Of a DNA stretch of 26,473 nucleotides, positions 19,971 to 26,473 are shown one piece after another; position 1 is the first letter of the stretch, and each line of letters opens with the position of its first letter. The notes under the pieces are model-generated. The model did no database searches and was not told the origin of the DNA. It saw only the letters and a program-made list of their open reading frames with translations. Origin of the DNA: Bdellovibrionota bacterium (GTDB lineage Bacteria > Bdellovibrionota_C > UBA2361 > OMIW01); NCBI GenBank assembly GCA_044345055.1, contig JBIJBT010000035.1, positions 1 through 26,473 of the forward strand. Direction: 5' to 3'. Position numbers and translations under genes: made by a program.

Positions 19971-20801
19971 ATGGCATTGCGGCGTTTTAGGCCCATTACT
20001 GCGGGCAGGAGGCACGCAGTAAAAGTTGATCAGGGTGAATTATCTCGTAAGGGACCTGAGAAACGGTTGCTTGGAAAAATATCTTCCTCCGGTGGACGTA
20101 ACTCTCAGGGTAGAGTTACAAATGTTAATACCGGTGGTGGTCACAAGCGTCGTTATCGTTTGATCGACTTTAAGAGAGTGAAAAAAGGTGTTCCAGCTAA
20201 AGTTGTGGCGTTGGAATATGACCCCAACAGATCGGCCAATTTGGCTTTGGTCTGCTATCGGGATGGTGTCAAGTCGTACATCATTGCGCCCAATGGGTTA
20301 CAAGTCGGTGGAAGTGTTGAATCAGGAGAGCTTGCAGAAGTTAAGGTCGGAAACTCTCTTCCTCTTAAGAGTATCCCAACGGGTCAACCGATACACAACA
20401 TTGAGCTCAAGCCTGGTCGCGGAGGTCAATTAGTTCGATCAGCCGGTAATGCTGCTCAGCTTGTTGCTAAAGAAGGCAAGTATGCCCTAGTGAAGCTTCC
20501 TTCAGGAGAGATGAGGAAGATCCTTTCTGAATGTTATGCTACTGTTGGTGGCGTCGGTAATTCCGATCATTCTAATCAAGAATTTGGTAAGGCTGGGCGT
20601 AGTAGATGGCTGGGAATACGGCCAAAAAATAGAGGGGTTGCTAGAAACCCAGTCGATCACCCGATGGGTGGTGGAGAGGGTAAGACTTCTGGCGGAAGGC
20701 ATCCCGTTTCTGTAACGGCAGTTCCTGCCAAAGGATATAAGACGAGGAAGAATAAGCGTACTGCTCGGTTTATCGTTAGAAAGCGCGGCGCTAAGAAATA
20801 G
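19971..20801 (+). CDS. rplB: 50S ribosomal protein L2
   Basis: [21 protein letters not shown] and [12 protein letters not shown] motifs. Confidence 0.99.
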   Translation: MALRRFRPITAGRRHAVKVDQGELSRKGPEKRLLGKISSSGGRNSQGRVTNVNTGGGHKRRYRLIDFKRVKKGVPAKVVALEYDPNRSANLALVCYRDGVKSYIIAPNGLQVGGSVESGELAEVKVGNSLPLKSIPTGQPIHNIELKPGRGGQLVRSAGNAAQLVAKEGKYALVKLPSGEMRKILSECYATVGGVGNSDHSNQEFGKAGRSRWLGIRPKNRGVARNPVDHPMGGGEGKTSGGRHPVSVTAVPAKGYKTRKNKRTARFIVRKRGAKK

Positions 20802-20815
20802 TTTTGGGGGTAACA

Positions 20816-21088
20816 ATGCCACGTTCCATAAAAAAAGGTCCATACATCGAAAATTCACTGGTGAAGTGGATTGATCGGGCGAAGTCCGGGGCTCACAAGG
20901 GCCCTATCAAGACTTGGTCTCGTCGGTCGACTATCATACCCGAGATGATTGGACTAACGTTTGCCGTTCATAACGGCAAAACATTCAATGCTGTGTTTGT
21001 CACGGACAATATGGTCGGGCACAAGCTCGGAGAATTTTCTCCAACTCGTACCTACCATGGACACGCTGCAAAATCTGGAAAGAAATAA
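20816..21088 (+). CDS. rpsS: 30S ribosomal protein S19
   Basis: [18 protein letters not shown] and [13 protein letters not shown] motifs. Start moved to ATG 20816. Confidence 0.98.
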   Translation: MPRSIKKGPYIENSLVKWIDRAKSGAHKGPIKTWSRRSTIIPEMIGLTFAVHNGKTFNAVFVTDNMVGHKLGEFSPTRTYHGHAAKSGKK

Positions 21089-21103
21089 CAAGGGGAATCG
21101 AAG

Positions 21104-21472
21104 ATGTCACGAGCTAACCAACCAAAAAGTGTGCCGGTTGCCATCAGTCGACTGAGAGGGGTTCGGGTTTCCCCCCAGAAGGCTCGTCTTGTAATGGATC
21201 TGGTGAGGGGCCAAGGGGTAGCTAAGGCTCTTAATACCCTAAGCTTTCAAAAGCAGAAGACGGCAAGATTGGCTGAGAAGCTAATACGCTCGGCGGTAGC
21301 AAATGCAGAGGATGTTGCGAACGCTGATGTTGACAGTCTCTATGTCTCGGAGGTTTACGTGGATTCCGGTGTTACCCTTAAGAGAAGTATGCCGAGGGCG
21401 CGAGGTAGAGCAACGCCGATTCGAAAGCGATGTTCTCATATAACTGTTGCCCTTGGGGTGGCAAACGTCTAG
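21104..21472 (+). CDS. rplV: 50S ribosomal protein L22
   Basis: SPQKARLV, SAVANA and PRARGRA..IRKRCSHITV motifs. Confidence 0.97.
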   Translation: MSRANQPKSVPVAISRLRGVRVSPQKARLVMDLVRGQGVAKALNTLSFQKQKTARLAEKLIRSAVANAEDVANADVDSLYVSEVYVDSGVTLKRSMPRARGRATPIRKRCSHITVALGVANV

Positions 21473-21514
21473 CCAAGAGATGCTAAGAATTTAGGAAACC
21501 ACGCAGGAGATATA

Positions 21515-22186
21515 ATGGGCCAGAAAACACACCCGAGAGGACTTCGGACAGGCATTTTGTACGGTTGGGAATCTAAGTGGTTCTCTCAGCGCGATGCTGC
21601 TAAGTACCTTGGCGAAGATCTGAAAGTTAGGACTTTCTTAAAGGCTAAACTGTTGCCAGCCGGCGTAAGTAGAATAGAAGTCGAACGGGCTGGTGAGAAG
21701 GTTAAGATTAATATTTTCGCCGCAAAGCCTGGGTTGGTTATCGGGAAGAAGGGCAAAGATATTGAAAATCTAAAAAGGGATGTCTGTAATCTTGTTCAGC
21801 GGGGGAAGGATAAGGTCGCTCTCAACATTGTAGAAAGCCGAAAGACCGAGATGGACGCCCAGCTTTTGGCTGAAGGGATAGCGTTCCAGCTTGAGCGCCG
21901 GGTTAATTTTCGTCGTGCCATGAAGGATGCCGTCACCAAGGCAATGCGAAGCGGTGCAGAGGGAGTGAAGGTCTGTGTAGGTGGTCGTTTGAATGGTGCC
22001 GATATAGCGAGGACTGAAAGTCAAAAAGAAGGTCGGATACCATTGCATACTTTGAGGGCTGATATAGAATACGCAACGGCGGAGGCAAAAACTACCTACG
22101 GAATCATAGGTATTAAGACTTGGGTATTCAAAGGTGAGCGCTTCTCTCAAAAAGAACAAGGAAGTGCAGAGGCTCTTCAATTGTGA
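21515..22186 (+). CDS. rpsC: 30S ribosomal protein S3
   Basis: MGQKTHP, KH motif PGLVIGKKG, and GRIPLHTLRADI. Confidence 0.98.
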   Translation: MGQKTHPRGLRTGILYGWESKWFSQRDAAKYLGEDLKVRTFLKAKLLPAGVSRIEVERAGEKVKINIFAAKPGLVIGKKGKDIENLKRDVCNLVQRGKDKVALNIVESRKTEMDAQLLAEGIAFQLERRVNFRRAMKDAVTKAMRSGAEGVKVCVGGRLNGADIARTESQKEGRIPLHTLRADIEYATAEAKTTYGIIGIKTWVFKGERFSQKEQGSAEALQL

Positions 22187-22233
22187 CGGTCACTGGCCTG
22201 CTAATTGTTCATATATAACTTAATGGGTGAAGT

Positions 22234-22659
22234 ATGCTTTCTCCGAAAAAGCCAAAATACAGAAAACAGATGAAGATGTCCCAGCACCTTCAGGGGATTG
22301 AAACAAGGGGCTGCGATCTCGCTTTCGGTGACTATGGGTTGAAGGCCGTTGAGCCGGCTTGGTTAACCAGTAGGCAGATTGAGGCTGGTCGAATCGCAAT
22401 GACTCGACACGTAAAGAGAGGTGGTAAGGTCTGGATACGAGTCTTCCCTGATAAGCCCATGACTAAGAAGCCCGCTGAAACACGTATGGGTTCGGGAAAA
22501 GGTTCCCCTGAATACTGGGTGGCTGAAGTTCGCGCTGGTCGTCTGCTTTATGAGATGACAGGTGTTTCGGAGTCGGTTGCTGCTGAGGCGTTTAGGCTTG
22601 CCGCTGCTAAGCTCCCGTTTAAAACCAAATTTATTGCACGTTCCGCGAATTTGCTGTGA
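22234..22659 (+). CDS. rplP: 50S ribosomal protein L16
   Basis: [12 protein letters not shown] and [22 protein letters not shown] motifs. Confidence 0.98.
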   Translation: MLSPKKPKYRKQMKMSQHLQGIETRGCDLAFGDYGLKAVEPAWLTSRQIEAGRIAMTRHVKRGGKVWIRVFPDKPMTKKPAETRMGSGKGSPEYWVAEVRAGRLLYEMTGVSESVAAEAFRLAAAKLPFKTKFIARSANLL

Positions 22660-22681
22660 CCGGTACCAGAGGAGGAGATGA

Positions 22682-22882
22682 ATGAAAACAAAGAATTTTT
22701 TGTCAGAACTACGGTCCTCGTCTATCGACGAGCTGTTTGCTAAAAGGACAGCCGTAGCGGAAGAGCTTCTTAAGGGGCGGTTCAAGGCAGCGGTCGGGCA
22801 GTCGGTGGCGGGTGCGGCATTGTCGAATCTGAGGCGCTCTTTGGCGCGTGTCGAGACTGAGATTTCGAGACGTCGTAGCTAG
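22682..22882 (+). CDS. rpmC: 50S ribosomal protein L29
   Basis: 66 aa with ELR..S.DEL and LRRSLARVET. GAGGAGG SD. Position between rplP and rpsQ. Confidence 0.9.
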   Translation: MKTKNFLSELRSSSIDELFAKRTAVAEELLKGRFKAAVGQSVAGAALSNLRRSLARVETEISRRRS

Positions 22883-22915
22883 TCAATGCAGTTAAGTTAT
22901 TCTGGGTCGTGTAAG

Positions 22916-23176
22916 ATGGAAAAGAGAAATAAGGCTCGAAAAGGGCAAGAAGGTCTGGTCTTAAGTAATAAGATGGAAAAGACCGTAGTGATTGGTGTGA
23001 CTCAGAGGGTCGAACATCCGCTCTATAAGAAGTACGTGCGGCGAACTAGGAAATTTTTAGCTCATAATGAATTTCCAGATTGTCAGATAGGAGATTTGGT
23101 TCGGATTGAGGAGTCACGCCCGTTAAGTAGAAGGAAGCGGTGGGTGGTAAAAGAAGTCCTTAGGCGTTCGAATTGA
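22916..23176 (+). CDS. rpsQ: 30S ribosomal protein S17
   Basis: [15 protein letters not shown] and [18 protein letters not shown] motifs. Start moved to ATG 22916. Confidence 0.97.
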   Translation: MEKRNKARKGQEGLVLSNKMEKTVVIGVTQRVEHPLYKKYVRRTRKFLAHNEFPDCQIGDLVRIEESRPLSRRKRWVVKEVLRRSN

Positions 23177-23214
23177 GCTCTTCGGTGCCGGGTCAAATTA
23201 ACCAGGGTGGTATA

Positions 23215-23583
23215 ATGATTCAATTAAAGTCAGTTCTCGATGTTGCAGATAACTCTGGCGCTCGTAAGGTCGTCTGCGTAAAGGTTCTCGGCGGTTCGAG
23301 AAGAAGATATGCACGCGTTGGCGACATCATTGTGGTGGCCGTCAAGGAAGCACTCGCGAATAGTAAGATTGCGAAGGGGACGGTCCACAAAGCGGTTGTT
23401 GTCCGTACTGCGAGCTCGATTTTTCGCCCAGACGGGCAGTCTCTTCGGTTTGATGACAATTCGGCCGTATTGATAAATGCGAGTAAAGATCCTGTCGGTA
23501 CTAGAATTTTTGGCCCAGTAGCAAGAGAACTCAGGGCTAAAAAGTTTATGAAGATTGTTTCACTTGCTCCGGAAGTTCTTTAG
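23215..23583 (+). CDS. rplN: 50S ribosomal protein L14
   Basis: MIQ...[19 protein letters not shown] and [10 protein letters not shown] motifs. Start ATG 23215. Confidence 0.99.
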   Translation: MIQLKSVLDVADNSGARKVVCVKVLGGSRRRYARVGDIIVVAVKEALANSKIAKGTVHKAVVVRTASSIFRPDGQSLRFDDNSAVLINASKDPVGTRIFGPVARELRAKKFMKIVSLAPEVL

Positions 23584-23593
23584 GGATGCTGTC

Positions 23594-23968
23594 ATGATAC
23601 AAAAAAAGTCTCAGTCAAGAGGAAATAGCTTGCTCCGAGTGGGAGATTCCGTGATGGTCATCGCGGGTGGTAATAAGGCAACCAATCTCCTAAAGCGGCA
23701 GGTTGGCAAGATTTTGGGTTTCGCCGGGGATAGGGTGGTTGTAGAGGGCCTCAACCTTGGGGTTAAGTACAAGCGGCCAACTCGAGTCGGGGAGAGGGGT
23801 GCTGTAGTTCGTGCCGAGCGGTCTGTACACGTGTCGAATGTAATGTTCTACGCTGAAGAGCTTAAGCGGCCGGTTAGGTTGGGTACAGTCATTCGCCCTG
23901 ATGGACTTAAAGAGCGGGGTTATAGAGATCCTGTTTCTAAAGAATTTATCACTGTGGCATCGCGCTAA
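23594..23968 (+). CDS. rplX: 50S ribosomal protein L24 (insertion in KOW motif)
   Basis: GDSVMVIAG, VVVEGLN and VHVSNVM motifs. Position between rplN and rplE. Start ATG 23594. Confidence 0.93.
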   Translation: MIQKKSQSRGNSLLRVGDSVMVIAGGNKATNLLKRQVGKILGFAGDRVVVEGLNLGVKYKRPTRVGERGAVVRAERSVHVSNVMFYAEELKRPVRLGTVIRPDGLKERGYRDPVSKEFITVASR

Positions 23969-24012
23969 TATAATTTCGGCTTCAGCCGTTTATGTTGAGA
24001 TAGGAAGAAATT

Positions 24013-24552
24013 ATGAGTAGGGTAGCAGAGCGTTATAAGCGGGATGTAGTTCCTGCGTTGATGGAGCAGTTCAAGTATAGCTCCCCGATGGAAGTTCCTC
24101 GGATTGTCAAGGTTGTTCTTAATGCTGGCGTTGGAGAAGCGTCTGCTAACCCAAAGGCTATACAGTTCGCCGACTATGCGATGCGCAGAATTAGCGGTCA
24201 AAAGCCTATGATTACTCGTGCCCGTAAGAGTATTGCTTCATTTAAGCTTCGTCAGGGGTCGCCAGTAGGTTGTATGGTTACCCTGAGAAATCGTCGAATG
24301 TATGATTTTCTTGATCGACTTATATCGGTAGCATTGCCCCGGTTGCGCGATTTTCGAGGTGTTCCGAAGAAGGGGTTCGATGGTTACGGTAATTACACCA
24401 TGGGATTAAAGGAGCAGATTGTTTTTCCCGAGATTGATATTGATAAGCTCGATAAAATTCGCGGTATGGACATCTCGTTCGTTACTACTGCGAAGAACGA
24501 CGATGAGGCGAGGGAGCTCCTTAGATTGTTGGGCTTACCGTTTAGGAAGTAG
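24013..24552 (+). CDS. rplE: 50S ribosomal protein L5
   Basis: [27 protein letters not shown] and FDGYGNY motifs. Confidence 0.99.
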   Translation: MSRVAERYKRDVVPALMEQFKYSSPMEVPRIVKVVLNAGVGEASANPKAIQFADYAMRRISGQKPMITRARKSIASFKLRQGSPVGCMVTLRNRRMYDFLDRLISVALPRLRDFRGVPKKGFDGYGNYTMGLKEQIVFPEIDIDKLDKIRGMDISFVTTAKNDDEARELLRLLGLPFRK

Positions 24553-24587
24553 TTTGATTCGGTGTTTTTTGGCGTGAGGGGAGAGTT

Positions 24588-24989
24588 ATGATTTTAGATC
24601 CACTAGCGGACATGCTGACCCGCATAAGAAATGCCCAGCGTATGGGGCATGAGGCAGTAACAATTCTAGGGTCCAATCAGGTTGGTCGTGTTCTTGCGGT
24701 TCTAGTTGAGGAGCGCTTTATAGAGCGTTTCGATAGGGTCGATGTTACAGGCCGTGGTGGATACGATTTTAGAGTTGTCCTCAGGTACGGGAAGGATGGA
24801 AGGCCTTTGATTCGTGAGTGTCGCCGCATTAGCAAGGGCGGTCGTCGAGTATACGCTCGAGTGGACGAACTCAAGAAGGTTCGAGCTGGTCTCGGTATAA
24901 CTATCGTTTCGACCCCTCAGGGTGTGATGTCTGATGCATCAGCTAGGCGGGCACGGGTTGGCGGTGAAGTGTTGATGGCGATTTCGTAA
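24588..24989 (+). CDS. rpsH: 30S ribosomal protein S8
   Basis: DPLADMLTRIRNA, ISKGGRRVY and IVSTPQGVM...VGGEV motifs. Confidence 0.97.
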   Translation: MILDPLADMLTRIRNAQRMGHEAVTILGSNQVGRVLAVLVEERFIERFDRVDVTGRGGYDFRVVLRYGKDGRPLIRECRRISKGGRRVYARVDELKKVRAGLGITIVSTPQGVMSDASARRARVGGEVLMAIS

Positions 24990-24997
24990 AGGGTGTT

Positions 24998-25534
24998 ATG
25001 TCGAGAATTGGAAAACTGCCAATTGAAGTGCCAGCGGGGGTAAGCGTATCTGTCGATGGTAGTGTGGTTAATGTAAAGGGACCTAAAGGGGCTCTTAGCA
25101 GGAGTGTGGCCGCGGGTATTTCTGTCCTTGTAGAAGGCAACGTCGTTCGGGTGTTACGTCAGGGTTCTGGTCGTCAGATCGAAGCGAACCACGGTACAAT
25201 CAGAGCAATAATACAGAGGATGGTAACAGGGGTAGCCACTGGTTGGAAGAGAAATCTTGAAATGACCGGTGTTGGTTTCGGTGCTAAGCTCATCGATGGA
25301 GATCTCGTGCTCAATTGTGGGTTCTCTCACGAAGTAAGGCTACGAATTCCCGAAGGTGTGTCGTGTGCAGTTGGTAAGACCAGTATTGAGGTCGTCTCCT
25401 GCTGCAATGAGCAAGTCGGCCAATTTGCTTCTTCGATTCGTTCCGTTCAGCCTCCGGAGCCGTATCTCGGTAAAGGTATCCGCTATTCGGATGAGGTCGT
25501 CAGACGGAAGGCGGGCAAAACAGGTAAGAAATAG
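24998..25534 (+). CDS. rplF: 50S ribosomal protein L6
   Basis: MSRIGK, VKGPKG and PPEPYLGKGIRY..E.VRRKAGK motifs. Confidence 0.98.
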   Translation: MSRIGKLPIEVPAGVSVSVDGSVVNVKGPKGALSRSVAAGISVLVEGNVVRVLRQGSGRQIEANHGTIRAIIQRMVTGVATGWKRNLEMTGVGFGAKLIDGDLVLNCGFSHEVRLRIPEGVSCAVGKTSIEVVSCCNEQVGQFASSIRSVQPPEPYLGKGIRYSDEVVRRKAGKTGKK

Positions 25535-25569
25535 CGGTCGTTGTTGTAATCGGTTCTAGAGGTGGCAAA

Positions 25570-25974
25570 ATGGCAATAAAGTCTCGTAGCTCAATGATGA
25601 CGCCGCGGAAGCGGAGTAAGGTACGAATTCGTAGCAAAATTTCGGGAACAACTGAGAGGCCCCGCATAAGCGTATTTCGGAGTAGCAAACACATTTACGC
25701 GCAGCTTGTAGTCGATGCTGACAGTCGGACAATAGCGGCTGCATCCACGCTTGATGAAGAGGTGATGGCTCGTTTGAAAGTGGCGGGTTCTTCGGAAGGT
25801 GAATCCGTTAGTTGCAAGAGTGTGGCTGCGGCGCGAATTGTCGGTTTGGTTTTGGCCGAGCGGTGCAAGGGGGCTGGTGTCGGTCGGGTAGTGTTCGATC
25901 GAAACGGCTTCGAATACTGGGGCAGAATCCGTGCGCTCGCCGAGGGTGCCAGGGAAGCAGGTCTGATTTTCTAG
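25570..25974 (+). CDS. rplR: 50S ribosomal protein L18
   Basis: GTTERPRISVFRSSKHIYAQ and VVFDRNGF.Y.GRI.ALAEGAREAGL motifs. Confidence 0.97.
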   Translation: MAIKSRSSMMTPRKRSKVRIRSKISGTTERPRISVFRSSKHIYAQLVVDADSRTIAAASTLDEEVMARLKVAGSSEGESVSCKSVAAARIVGLVLAERCKGAGVGRVVFDRNGFEYWGRIRALAEGAREAGLIF

Positions 25975-25986
25975 AGTGGGATTTTC

Positions 25987-26473
25987 ATGCGAGCAAGAAA
26001 AATTTTAAACCAGCGGGTTTCAGTTACCCAGTGTGGCGAGCTCGTCGATAAGACGATTTCGATCCGGCGCGTTGCAAAGGTAGTTAAGGGTGGACGTAGG
26101 TTCAGCTTTAGCGCTTTAGTGGTCACGGGAGATGGGCAGGGGCACGTTGGAGTTGGTTTGGGGAAGGCTGCCGAGGTCCCAGAGGCTATTAGGAAGGCTG
26201 GCGAGCAGGCTCGGAAGAGTTTAGTTCGTGTTCCCATGAAGGGTTCAACACTAACTCATGAAGTGGTAGGAAATTTTGGTCCTACCAAGGTCGTAATGAA
26301 GCCAGCAGGGCCTGGAACCGGTGTTATTGCTGGGGGAGCTGTTCGGGCGGTTCTAGAGGCTTCTGGGGTTCGCGATGTAAGGACGAAGTGTGTCGGTTCA
26401 AATACACCACACAATGTTGTTTGGGCAACGCTCGAAGGTGTATCCCAGTTGCGAGATCCACGCGACGTTGAGG
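25987..26473 (+). CDS. rpsE: 30S ribosomal protein S5 (3' truncated by window edge; absent from the ORF track)
   Basis: From ATG 25987: MRARKILNQ...[46 protein letters not shown]...[19 protein letters not shown]. Open to the end of the window. Confidence 0.97.
   Translation, partial: MRARKILNQRVSVTQCGELVDKTISIRRVAKVVKGGRRFSFSALVVTGDGQGHVGVGLGKAAEVPEAIRKAGEQARKSLVRVPMKGSTLTHEVVGNFGPTKVVMKPAGPGTGVIAGGAVRAVLEASGVRDVRTKCVGSNTPHNVVWATLEGVSQLRDPRDVE

Noticed and set aside
252..23593. N-terminal extensions in the ORF track for rplK, rpsL, rpsG, rpsJ, rplC, rplD, rpsS, rpsQ, rplN and rplX
   Set aside because: Artefacts of first-start calling. Downstream starts match family N-termini and, in most cases, SD positions.
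509..26237. Numerous antisense and alternate-frame ORFs in the track
   Set aside because: They lie within conserved housekeeping genes, lack recognisable motifs and are expected shadow ORFs.

Overview
The window is the conserved bacterial ribosomal-protein/RNA-polymerase supercluster, all on the + strand: 'nusG-rplK-rplA-rplJ-rplL-rpoB-rpoC-[1.32 kb non-coding]-rpsL-rpsG-fusA-tuf-rpsJ-rplC-rplD-rplW-rplB-rpsS-rplV-rpsC-rplP-rpmC-rpsQ-rplN-rplX-rplE-rpsH-rplF-rplR-rpsE'. Protein signatures suggest a divergent deltaproteobacterial-type lineage (Myxococcota/Bdellovibrionota/SAR324-like; tentative). I see no tRNA, rRNA, CRISPR array, IS or prophage. The unusual parts are: (i) two long spacers (rplL-rpoB, 609 nt; rpoC-rpsL, 1324 nt) with no credible gene and many helices that depend on + strand G-U pairs, which are the best candidates for undescribed structured RNAs; (ii) a rearranged autoregulatory layout (L1-operator-like motif between rplK and rplA, no room for an L10 leader, a terminator-like hairpin abutting the rpsL SD); (iii) rpsN missing from the spc operon; (iv) an EF-Tu with a non-canonical, Planctomycete/Sorangium-type switch I; (v) substitutions at normally conserved positions in RpoB, RpoC, S10, L2, L3 and EF-G. 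All RNA structures were found by eye and none has been computationally validated. E. coli residue numbering and comparisons are from memory.
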